Source: Gayadomonas joobiniege G7
GTDB taxonomy: Bacteria > Pseudomonadota > Gammaproteobacteria > Enterobacterales > Alteromonadaceae
Length of the DNA stretch: 24,000 nucleotides
NCBI RefSeq assembly: GCF_000300815.1
Contig: NZ_AMRX01000006.1
Coordinates: 1,050,323 to 1,074,322, forward strand
Reading direction: 5' to 3'
Shown piece by piece: positions 8,439 to 18,550 of this stretch. A model generated the notes under the pieces. That model had not been told where the DNA came from. It saw only the letters and a program-made list of their open reading frames with translations, and did no database searches. Numbering within the stretch: position 1 is the first letter of the stretch; the number at the start of each line of letters is the position of its first letter. The translations under genes were made by a program, and so were the position numbers.

Positions 8439-10061
8439 ATGAGTGAAAAAGATCCAATGATCCCGGACGGTAAAGTAAACCCAATAGATACCGACTACAA
8501 AGTCGGACAAGATAATATAGTGGTTAACTTAGGGCCGTTCGGCTTAGACATTCATAATCGGGTGTTTGCCATTTCAGGTATAGCGGTTATCGCTTTTGTA
8601 GTCTTAACCATTCTTTTTCAAACCAGTGCAGAAGCTTTTTTTGGCGATATACGCAGCTGGCTTACAACGAATTTAAGTGGTTTCTTTTTTAGTGCGGCAA
8701 ATATTTTTGTTGTTCTTTGTATTGTTTTAATCTTTACTCCGTTGGGACGGGTGCGATTAGGCGGAACCCAAGCCAAACCTGATTATACGTACCTTGGCTG
8801 GTTTTCAATGCTGTTCGCGGCTGGCATGGGCATAGGTTTGATGTTTTACTGTGTGTCTGAACCCCTTTCACATTTTTCCAGCTCATACGCAGGTATCACC
8901 ACTGAAAACGGTGTGCGCACCGATTGGGCCCCGCTTGGCGGCGCCGAAAATAATGCTGAACAAGCTCAGCGCTTAGGCATGGCGGCTACGATTTATCACT
9001 GGGGTTTACATCCATGGGCAATTTATGCGGTCATGGCGCTCGGGCTGGCATTATTTTCGTTTAACAAAGGCCTGCCATTAACAATCCGGTCGGTATTTTA
9101 TCCGTTACTTGGTGAGCGTGTGTGGGGCTGGCCCGGCCACATTATTGATATTTTAGCCGTGTTAGCCACCTTATTTGGTTTAGCAACTTCGTTGGGGTTA
9201 GGTGCTTCACAAGCAGCATCCGGTTTAAATTATTTATTTGATATTCCGCTTGGCGATACCACACAAATTTTGTTGGTGATAGGTATTACCGCGGTCGCGC
9301 TGGTTTCTGTAATGGCTGGTTTAGATGCCGGGGTTAAACGTCTATCAGAGATCAATATGGGGTTAGCTACCTTATTATTAGTGTTTGTTATTGTAGTCGG
9401 GCCCACCCTAGCCATTTTTAGCGGATTTTTTGATAACCTGCTGGCTTATGTGACTTACCTGCCAGCACTTGCAAACCCAATAGGTCGTGAAGATGTTAAC
9501 TTTGCTTCTGGTTGGACGGCCTTCTATTGGGCATGGTGGATTTCGTGGAGCCCCTTTGTAGGTATGTTTATTGCGCGAGTTTCACGTGGCCGTTCAGTTC
9601 GAGAGTTTATTATTTCAGTGCTTTTAGTGCCATCAACCGCCTGCGTTTTATGGATGTCGGCATTTGGAAACACCGCAATTGATCAATACATTAATCAGGG
9701 TTATGAAACAGCCATGAACTCAGCGCTACCGCTGCAATTATTTAATATGTTGGGCGCACTCCCTTGGGCAGAAGTCACTTCGTTTATTGCGATAGTCCTA
9801 GTGATTGTCTTTTTTGTCACCTCATCTGATTCAGGTTCGTTAGTAATTGACGTGATTTCTGCAGGCGGTAAAGTCGATGCGCCAACGCCACAGCGAGTAT
9901 TCTGGTGTACCTTTGAAGGTTTAGTGGCGATAGCATTAATTGTGGGGGGCGGGCTTATCGCATTGCAAGCGATGGCCGTTTCAACTGGCCTCCCCTTTAC
10001 ACTCGTTTTATTGGCAGCGGCTGCCGCAACAGTCAAAGGGCTGATGTCGGAGCCAAGGTAA
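8439..10061 (+). CDS. BCCT-family (betaine/carnitine/choline-type) osmolyte transporter
   Basis: 540-aa polytopic membrane ORF with GGGAG 8 nt before the ATG. BCCT signature WTAFYWAWWISWSPFVGMFIARVSRGRSVREFI. Substrate cannot be assigned from sequence alone. Confidence 0.92.
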   Translation: MSEKDPMIPDGKVNPIDTDYKVGQDNIVVNLGPFGLDIHNRVFAISGIAVIAFVVLTILFQTSAEAFFGDIRSWLTTNLSGFFFSAANIFVVLCIVLIFTPLGRVRLGGTQAKPDYTYLGWFSMLFAAGMGIGLMFYCVSEPLSHFSSSYAGITTENGVRTDWAPLGGAENNAEQAQRLGMAATIYHWGLHPWAIYAVMALGLALFSFNKGLPLTIRSVFYPLLGERVWGWPGHIIDILAVLATLFGLATSLGLGASQAASGLNYLFDIPLGDTTQILLVIGITAVALVSVMAGLDAGVKRLSEINMGLATLLLVFVIVVGPTLAIFSGFFDNLLAYVTYLPALANPIGREDVNFASGWTAFYWAWWISWSPFVGMFIARVSRGRSVREFIISVLLVPSTACVLWMSAFGNTAIDQYINQGYETAMNSALPLQLFNMLGALPWAEVTSFIAIVLVIVFFVTSSDSGSLVIDVISAGGKVDAPTPQRVFWCTFEGLVAIALIVGGGLIALQAMAVSTGLPFTLVLLAAAAATVKGLMSEPR

Positions 10062-10086
10062 CGGGTGTTGCTTCCCTAAACTAAAA

Positions 10087-10120
10087 AGCCCGCTAATCAA
10101 AACATCAGCGGGCTTTTTTT
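10087..10120. terminator. Rho-independent terminator, bidirectional, shared by the convergent BCCT and orphan genes
   Basis: Perfect 8-bp stem AGCCCGCT (10087-10094) / AGCGGGCT (10107-10114). Followed by T7 on the plus strand and preceded by A5, which gives a T-run on the minus strand. Confidence 0.85.
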
Positions 10121-10154
10121 ATGCGTATATCCGTTTTTTACAACATTAATTAAC

Positions 10155-10526
10155 TCACGCGTGTTGATGCATGACAGAATAATTGGTTTCATCTTGCTCT
10201 GTACAACAGAGTTCAGCGTTTACAAAAGCTTTTTCAGCTTGAGCTGTAATGCTCTTAAGGTGACTCGGCTCTATCCACAAGTCATAGCTGTTACCTGTTT
10301 CATTCACCAAACTTAAACAATTGCCAGCCAATCGTAATTTTACAATACTATCAGTTTGCAAATATTTAGGCAGTTCTATGTGAAATCTAACTTCAGGAGT
10401 TAAATTAATTCGAACGCAGGCGCCTTCTGATTCAAAAACTGGGGAGTTTCTAAAATAAATATATTGGTAAATTAATACCGCCATATTAAAAGCGACAATT
10501 AGTGCAATAATATAAAAAAATTCCAT
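10155..10526 (-). CDS. Hypothetical small membrane-anchored protein with no family recognised
   Basis: The track gives 127 aa from a TTG at 10538. I prefer the ATG at 10526 (123 aa) because GGAG (10536-10533 on the minus strand) sits 6 nt upstream of it and overlaps the TTG. It has one N-terminal TM helix (FFYIIALIVAFNMAVLIYQYIYF) followed by a soluble ~95-aa region containing five Cys. No motif I recognise. Confidence 0.45.
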   Translation of the reverse strand: MEFFYIIALIVAFNMAVLIYQYIYFRNSPVFESEGACVRINLTPEVRFHIELPKYLQTDSIVKLRLAGNCLSLVNETGNSYDLWIEPSHLKSITAQAEKAFVNAELCCTEQDETNYSVMHQHA

Positions 10527-10930
10527 AAATGGCTCCAAAAAGAATTTGTTAAAAGTAAAAAGGCGATACGAGAAGTACCTTTAAATACAATCAAGTCCAT
10601 TTATTATCGATAAAGCAAGCTAGTAAAAAGCGTGTAAAACCTTCTCCTAAAAACTTGTATGATTTCATGATAAAACAAAAACCAAATATGTAAACAAAAA
10701 GTTTAAATTTATTTTAATTTTTCTGTTTTTTGATTAAAGTCTCGTTTCATCTAACATTAAGACGCTAAAAACGGTAAAAAATTCACAAATCTTAAAAAAA
10801 GTTATTTAACAAAATTAATAAACAATATCAGCAAATAACAAAATCATGATACTTTTCAGCAATGATACGTTAGATTAAGCACACAAATAATTTTATATTT
10901 GATTTAATATTTTCACTTGGAAATTTAAAT

Positions 10931-13450
10931 ATGAGATTAGCTATCCTAACCCTAGCGCTGTTAGCAACGCTGGCAACAAACGCAAAAACAATTGAGGATT
11001 TTAATTTTAATTGGCGTTTTTCGTTAGATAAACAACAGGCTGCCCACCAATTGGCGTACAACGACAGTCATTGGCAAACAGTTAGGCTCCCGCACGACTG
11101 GTCAGTTGCCTTGCCTTATACCGAAAAAGGGGCTGCCAGCACAGGTTTTAAATTGGGGGGAACTGGCTGGTACCGAAAAACCTTTAAATTACCAAGCAAA
11201 GATCAACATAAAGTCATTTGGCTTGAATTTGATGGAATTTACAATAATGCAGAAATTTGGGTAAACGGTCATTTTGTTGCTGAGCGTCCTTATGGTTACA
11301 CAAGCTTTAACGTTGATTTATCACCCCATTTATATTTTGGTGAGCAAGAAAACTTAGTGGCGGTTAAAGTCAACCGCCAAGCTTTTGCTGACTCGCGTTG
11401 GTATACAGGATCTGGCATTTATCGTAATGTTCGCCTCGTGAAAGCAAATACAGTTTATATTCCTCAATGGGGTATTCAAGTCACCAGCCCAGAAGTGGAT
11501 ACAAAGCAGGCTAAAGTGACGGTTAAAACTCAGGTCAAAGCAAAACAACACTTAGGCGAGACAGCCAATCTACAAATTAAAATACAAACGCTATCAGGCC
11601 AAATAGTGGCAACACAGCAGACAGATATAAAACTTGATATAAACGGCCAATATCAGCAGCAATTAACAGTGGCTAACCCTAACTTATGGTCGCTAACGAA
11701 TCCAAATCTTTATATTGCAGAGGTCTCAATCAATCACCAGGGTAAACAAATAGCCCACGATAAAACAAGGTTCGGTATCCGTAGTATAAGGTTCGATTCA
11801 AACACAGGGTTTTGGCTGAACAATAAAAACGTAAAAATTAAAGGGGTTAATTTGCATCATGACGCAGGCGCTATAGGGGCTGCTGTGCCTAAGAGTGTAT
11901 GGGCTGATAGATTAGCTAAATTAAAATCCGTTGGCGTAAATGCACTAAGGCTGTCGCACAATCCACACTCCCCTGAATTATTGGAACTGGCTGACGAAAT
12001 GGGTTTTGTAGTCAATGCAGAAGCTTTTGATGACTGGGACCGGGCCAAAGGAAAAAGCAAAGTTTATTTAGGCGACAATGCTGCAAAAGGAGACATGGCT
12101 GATTCATACGCTGAGCATTTTAATGTATGGGCGGAGCGCGACCTTAAAGACTTTATTAAACGCGACTTTAACCATCCTTCCATTATCATGTGGAGCATTG
12201 GAAACGAAGTTGAATGGACTTACCCTTATTATCCAAAATCAGTATCTCATCACGAAGACGGCACCAGCTACTATGAAGATGCACCTGATTTTGATCGTCA
12301 ACGTATCATGAACAATATTAAGAAGTTTAATCCAGATCAAGTAGATAATTTAGCGATAATCGCACACCAGTTATCCGCTTGGGTTAAAGAAACAGATACA
12401 ACACGTCCAGTTACTGCAGGGCTAACTCACCCATCAGTCGGTTTTGCGACCGGTTATGCCGATGCACTGGATCTGGTTGGATTTAATTACCGAGCGGCTG
12501 CATATGCAAAAGCACATGAAACGTATCCTGACAAAGTCATTTATGGGTCTGAAAACTGGGGGGCATGGCGTGAATGGCGCGATGTAAAAAATAAAGATTA
12601 TATCGCTGGCATATTTATTTGGACCGGATTTGCATACAAGGGCGAAGCAGGCCCACTGCCGCGCATGGGTTTGAACATCTCTTTGTTTGACTTTGCAGGA
12701 TTTAAAACACCTCGAGGCCACTTTTTTGAAGCTCTGTGGACAGAAAAACCCAAAATTTGGTTGGGAACAACACCAGTTAAAACGTCTGAATTTAGCTTAA
12801 ATGATAATAACGAGTGGTCATTTACACCGCGTAAACCCGCACCCAACATGTGGGACAAACTACGTATGTGGGAGTGGTACGATGTAGAACCTTTATGGCG
12901 CTATCAGCAAAATGAAAACATTGTAGTGCAAACCTATACCAATGCACAAAGTGCCGAGTTATTTTTAAATGGTCGCTCTTTGGGTAAAAAACAATTGGCA
13001 GATTTTGACGATCAAATCATTAAATGGCTAGTCCCCTACCAAGACGGTGAGCTTAAAGTTATTGGTTACCAGCAAGGTAAACCTGTTAGTCAGGCGGTTT
13101 TAAACACACCTAAACCAGCGAGTAAGGTTACATTGACAACCAAGCGTGAACAAATTAAAGCGGATCATTATGATACCAGCTTTGTTTATTTGCACATTCA
13201 AGATGAAGACGGAACTTGGATCTCAGATGCCAAACAAGAAGTTGAGTTTATTGTTGAAGGCCCCGCTAACCTGATGGCGGTCGATAATGGCTCGGAATAT
13301 AATGTGCAAAATGTACTGAGCAATCGATTAATGACAGATCGTGGGCGCGCAGCATTGTTATTGCAATCAAATGGTCAACCTGGGCAAATAAAAGTGCAAG
13401 CTAAATGGCAAGGCAAACTCAGCAAACCAGTCTATATCAATGCTAAATAA
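10931..13450 (+). CDS. Secreted glycoside hydrolase family 2 (beta-galactosidase-like)
   Basis: 839-aa ORF. Sec signal MRLAILTLALLATLATNA|KT. GH2 N-terminal sugar-binding motifs FNFNWRF, LPHDWSV, GWYRKTFKLP, LEFDGIYNNAEIWVNGHFV, DSRWYTGSGIYRNVRLV. TIM-barrel acid/base motif IIMWSIGNE. Candidate nucleophile region YGSENWG. C-terminal Ig-like/DUF4982-type tail. Confidence 0.9.
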   Translation: MRLAILTLALLATLATNAKTIEDFNFNWRFSLDKQQAAHQLAYNDSHWQTVRLPHDWSVALPYTEKGAASTGFKLGGTGWYRKTFKLPSKDQHKVIWLEFDGIYNNAEIWVNGHFVAERPYGYTSFNVDLSPHLYFGEQENLVAVKVNRQAFADSRWYTGSGIYRNVRLVKANTVYIPQWGIQVTSPEVDTKQAKVTVKTQVKAKQHLGETANLQIKIQTLSGQIVATQQTDIKLDINGQYQQQLTVANPNLWSLTNPNLYIAEVSINHQGKQIAHDKTRFGIRSIRFDSNTGFWLNNKNVKIKGVNLHHDAGAIGAAVPKSVWADRLAKLKSVGVNALRLSHNPHSPELLELADEMGFVVNAEAFDDWDRAKGKSKVYLGDNAAKGDMADSYAEHFNVWAERDLKDFIKRDFNHPSIIMWSIGNEVEWTYPYYPKSVSHHEDGTSYYEDAPDFDRQRIMNNIKKFNPDQVDNLAIIAHQLSAWVKETDTTRPVTAGLTHPSVGFATGYADALDLVGFNYRAAAYAKAHETYPDKVIYGSENWGAWREWRDVKNKDYIAGIFIWTGFAYKGEAGPLPRMGLNISLFDFAGFKTPRGHFFEALWTEKPKIWLGTTPVKTSEFSLNDNNEWSFTPRKPAPNMWDKLRMWEWYDVEPLWRYQQNENIVVQTYTNAQSAELFLNGRSLGKKQLADFDDQIIKWLVPYQDGELKVIGYQQGKPVSQAVLNTPKPASKVTLTTKREQIKADHYDTSFVYLHIQDEDGTWISDAKQEVEFIVEGPANLMAVDNGSEYNVQNVLSNRLMTDRGRAALLLQSNGQPGQIKVQAKWQGKLSKPVYINAK

Positions 13451-13459
13451 TCCGCTAAC

Positions 13460-13484
13460 AAAACGGGCTTTGAAGCCCGTTTTC
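13460..13484. terminator. Rho-independent terminator after the GH2 gene
   Basis: Stem CGGGCT (13464-13469) / AGCCCG (13474-13479) with loop TTGA. The stem is extended by A/T pairs (AAAA...TTTT), giving a T4 run. Confidence 0.75.
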
Positions 13485-13583
13485 CATTCATATTTAAACT
13501 CTAACTTGCAATTAGAAAAATGATAGTTTAATGTTATTTATAAATTGTATTTAATTAACAATTATTAAATTATCGGAGCCAAC

Positions 13584-14228
13584 ATGAAGTTAAAAAACTT
13601 ATCTTTATTGCTTGTTATAGTGACGAGTGCCGTCATCATGGGATGCGCGTCTAATGCAGAGCCTCAGGCAAATAAGTCAGTCGCTAAAAACCAACAAAAA
13701 ACCCAACAAACTGCTAAAAAACAAGTAAAAAAACAACCTAGCCAAAACCAAAAAATGGGTAAAAACCTATTAGCCTATGCTAACCCCGGCTTTGAGCAAC
13801 CTCTTGACGGTAACTTCCCGAAACCAAGAGCCGAAAAATCACAACTTAACAAAGCCGAATTTGGCCCAATGCAAGAAGCAGCTAAAAGTGGTAAAAATGG
13901 CTTAGGCATATCGCTTGCAAAAGGTGATTTTAAAGTACAGTACGGTATTTGGCGGTTACGTAACCAAATTGATGCTAACAAAAAATATCGTTTTGAATTT
14001 GATGCCTTTTTATTAGAGGGCAATGCACAATTTTTCGCTCAAGTAGATAAATCACCTTGGCTACGTTCACCGATTAAAAATGTCACTCAGTGGCAAGTGG
14101 TTGGTACGACCATTGATGGTAAACACCTTAAAAATGGCAAACCATTGAACATGCATATAGACAACATTAAAGGAAAAGAAACCGGCGTATTATTAATTGA
14201 TAATGTGCGCCTTTACGAAGTTAAATAA
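13584..14228 (+). CDS. Lipoprotein with a Gln/Lys-rich tether and a CBM4/9-like (jelly-roll) putative carbohydrate-binding domain
   Basis: 214-aa ORF with GGAG 5 nt before the ATG. Lipobox IMGC (Cys21, +2 Ala). Low-complexity KNQQKTQQTAKKQVKKQPSQNQK. Domain boundaries NLLAYANPGFEQPLDG ... GVLLIDNVRLYEV resemble the N-x-G-F-E ... D-[DN]-V-x-L pattern of CBM_4_9-type modules. This family call comes from motif memory only. Confidence 0.65.
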   Translation: MKLKNLSLLLVIVTSAVIMGCASNAEPQANKSVAKNQQKTQQTAKKQVKKQPSQNQKMGKNLLAYANPGFEQPLDGNFPKPRAEKSQLNKAEFGPMQEAAKSGKNGLGISLAKGDFKVQYGIWRLRNQIDANKKYRFEFDAFLLEGNAQFFAQVDKSPWLRSPIKNVTQWQVVGTTIDGKHLKNGKPLNMHIDNIKGKETGVLLIDNVRLYEVK

Positions 14229-14242
14229 AGTGTTCTCCTCAA

Positions 14243-14275
14243 AGGCCTGAGGTACTGCTGCCCAGGTCTTTTTTT
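14243..14275 (+). terminator. Probable Rho-independent terminator after the CBM-like lipoprotein gene
   Basis: AGGCCTG (14243-14249) pairs with CAGGTCT (14263-14269), 7 bp including one G-U. The T-run that starts in the 3' arm continues to 14275. Confidence 0.6.
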
Positions 14276-14353
14276 ACCGCTTGATCTTATTTTACCGTGC
14301 AAATCCTTTTACAATAGTTCGCATTATACTCTAACGACAAAAACGATAAAATA

Positions 14354-14905
14354 ATGACTGAATATGATAAAATGATCGCTGGCGAGTCATATAACCCTCT
14401 AGATAAAACTCTGATAAAGATGCGTTTTCACGCTCAGATCTTGTGCGAAGATTTTAATGCCACCAGTATTCGTAAGTTAGGCACACGAAAAAAATTACTT
14501 AAACAACTCTTTGCAGCCTGCGGTAATAATATTTATATCGAACCCAGTTTTAAATGTGATTATGGTCAAAACATTTCGGTAGGCGAAAATTTTTATGCAA
14601 ATTACCACTGCGTTATTTTAGATGCAGCGAAAGTAACCATTGGGGATAATTGTTTTATTGCGCCCCAAGTCGGTATTTATACCGCAACTCATCCAATAGA
14701 TGCAGAGCAAAGAGCCACAGGAATAGAAAGTGCACGCCCTGTGACTATTGGCAACAATTGTTGGATAGGTGGTGGTGCGGTAATTAATCCAGGCGTTACT
14801 CTAGGTAATAATGTTGTTGTTGGATCGGGGGCAGTCGTCACTAAAAGTTTTGCTGATAACTTAGTCATCGCCGGTAATCCTGCCAAGATAATTAAACACC
14901 TTTAA
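14354..14905 (+). CDS. maa: Maltose/galactoside O-acetyltransferase (hexapeptide-repeat left-handed beta-helix, Maa/LacA family)
   Basis: 183-aa ORF that is near-colinear with my memory of E. coli Maa: KMIAGESYNP, YIEPSFKCDYGQNISVGENFYANYHCVILD, IYTATHPID, PVTIGNNCWIGGGAVINPGVTLGNNVVVGSGAVVTK, IAGNPAKIIKHL. The SD is weak. Confidence 0.9.
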   Translation: MTEYDKMIAGESYNPLDKTLIKMRFHAQILCEDFNATSIRKLGTRKKLLKQLFAACGNNIYIEPSFKCDYGQNISVGENFYANYHCVILDAAKVTIGDNCFIAPQVGIYTATHPIDAEQRATGIESARPVTIGNNCWIGGGAVINPGVTLGNNVVVGSGAVVTKSFADNLVIAGNPAKIIKHL

Positions 14906-14913
14906 TTGTTTAA

Positions 14914-17232
<2,319 letters not shown>

Positions 17233-17241
17233 AATGCAAAA

Positions 17242-17266
17242 ACCCGGTCGTGTCGGCCGGGTTTCG
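17242..17266. terminator. Bidirectional Rho-independent terminator between katG and the convergent small gene
   Basis: ACCCGGTCG (17242-17250) / CGGCCGGGT (17254-17262), 9 bp including one G-U, with loop TGT. There is a T5 run on the minus-strand side (A5 at 17237-17241) and a weaker TTT on the plus side. Confidence 0.75.
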
Positions 17267-17279
17267 TGTGTTAGAACAT

Positions 17280-17489
17280 TTATTCGCTTTCAGCGCTTTT
17301 TTGTAAAGACGATTTAACGCAAGACTTCATCCATTCTTTACGTTCATCCTTAGCCACTTTTTGCTCTTTTGCTTGCGCTTTACAGGTTTCGCGTGCTGCT
17401 TGACGTTCTTCTTTAGAAGGTTTAGCTTGCACTGCAACAGAAGATAAAGAAAGCGCAATCACGCTAGCTAAAATAATGCCTTTTTTCAT
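17280..17489 (-). CDS. Small secreted PsiF-repeat-like protein
   Basis: 69-aa ORF with GAGG upstream of the ATG. Signal peptide MKKGIILASVIALSLSSVAVQA|KP. CKAQAKEQKVAKDERKEWMKSC has the same C-x20-C spacing and the D13/R15/K16/M19 positions of the E. coli PsiF repeat (CNQQATAQALKGDARKTYMSDC), recalled from memory. Confidence 0.6.
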   Translation of the reverse strand: MKKGIILASVIALSLSSVAVQAKPSKEERQAARETCKAQAKEQKVAKDERKEWMKSCVKSSLQKSAESE

Positions 17490-17603
17490 GAAAGTTTACC
17501 TCGGTAAATAAAATACAAACTTGCTGTTTGCAACAGGCATTTTGCGCTTACCGGGTAAAGCTGCAAGCGAATTTACAATAAAATTACATTAGCGATAAAA
17601 AAT

Positions 17604-18386
17604 TTACACCAATACGATTTCTAACCCGTGCTGACGGTAACGCTGCAATAGTGCGTTATCGGTACTACGTTCTGTGATTAATATATCTATCTGATTTAAC
17701 GAACAAAAAATAAAGCTGCTACGCTTTTCCAAACTCGTAGATGGGGCTAACACGACCAGTTTTTCAGCCTGTCTACGCATTTTCTGTTCAGCTCTAACCA
17801 ATAAAGCATCTGATTCAGTAACACCGAACTCACTTAAGCCCGGTGTGCCAATAAACATTTTTGAAGCGCTATAATGTTGCGTTGTATCATTATCAAAAGC
17901 ACTTAAAACAATGCCCTGTTCACGGTAGACTTCACCACCGGGCAATGAAACTTGATTACGACTATTGGTTACCAAGTCGTGAGCAAGGGCAAACGAATTA
18001 GTCAAAATATTTAATTTTCGCTCACGTAAAAAATCGCCCATTAAATCGGTGATCATACCACCATTGATAATAACGGATTCGCCATCTTCGCATAATGCTG
18101 CCGCTTTTTGCGCTAATGCTCGATTAATTTGCTGCGGTGTTTTTGCGGAGTTAGTCGGGCTTGCTAACGTTGGACGTGCGGCTTCGTTGTCCGCCCCACT
18201 GGCCGATGTTAGTACTTTAGCACCCCCATGTACGCGCGTGATTTTGTTTTGTTTGTCTAACTTTACCAGATCTCGGCGAATGGTTGCTTCAGAGCTATGC
18301 AGTAATTCAGTTAACTGAGCAACTGTCGCAAATTTTTTTTCTTCTAATATATCCAGCAGTCGCTGCTGCCGTTGAATTTCTAACAT
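17604..18386 (-). CDS. DeoR/GlpR-family transcriptional regulator
   Basis: 260-aa ORF. N-terminal DeoR HTH RQQRLLDILEEKKFATVAQLTELLHSSEATIRRDLVKLDKQNKITRVHGGA. C-terminal sugar-phosphate-binding DeoRC-like domain (VIINGGMITDLMGDFL...KLNILTNS...KMFIGTPGLS). Confidence 0.88.
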   Translation of the reverse strand: MLEIQRQQRLLDILEEKKFATVAQLTELLHSSEATIRRDLVKLDKQNKITRVHGGAKVLTSASGADNEAARPTLASPTNSAKTPQQINRALAQKAAALCEDGESVIINGGMITDLMGDFLRERKLNILTNSFALAHDLVTNSRNQVSLPGGEVYREQGIVLSAFDNDTTQHYSASKMFIGTPGLSEFGVTESDALLVRAEQKMRRQAEKLVVLAPSTSLEKRSSFIFCSLNQIDILITERSTDNALLQRYRQHGLEIVLV

Positions 18387-18402
18387 GGTTTTCCACTAAA
18401 CA

Positions 18403-18422
18403 AAAAATAATCAAAAATAATC
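18403..18422. repeat. Perfect tandem 10-bp repeat (AAAAATAATC x2) immediately upstream of the deoR-family start codon
   Basis: AAAAATAATC at 18403-18412 and again at 18413-18422. This is 17-36 nt upstream of the minus-strand ATG at 18386, within the divergent deoR/gph intergenic region. Confidence 0.5.
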
Positions 18423-18550
18423 ATGAATTTTAAAAGTTTGACATAGTTCAGTGATTTACGCAATCAGAAGCCTGCTCGAAACAAACTTACAGAGCTGAGC
18501 AAATATTTGTTAAACTCATATTTTTATTCTATTTACGCGGTATTTTTTTC

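Noticed and set aside
1571-13554. Recurring TTAAATACA 9-mer in intergenic regions next to glycan genes: 1571-1579 (+), 10581-10589 (+), 13546-13554 (-). A near copy TTAAAATACA occurs at 8263-8272, and the 10-mer AAATACATTT is shared by 1573-1582 and 8266-8275.
   Set aside because: The motif was chosen post hoc in ~75 percent A+T DNA. The core AAATACA and the TTAAAATACA variant also occur inside coding sequence (about 6124-6131, 11447 and 11575-11585). Distances and orientations relative to the start codons are inconsistent. It resembles generic -10-like AT-rich sequence. A genome-wide motif enrichment test would be needed before calling it an operator.
17490-17603. Search for a Pho box (CTGTCAT-A/T-rich-CTGTCAT type) upstream of the PsiF-like gene. 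The small hairpin CTGTT-TGC-AACAG (about 17525-17537) was also examined.
   Set aside because: No sequence comes within a reasonable mismatch distance of the Pho-box consensus. The hairpin is only 5 bp and lacks a proper T-run.
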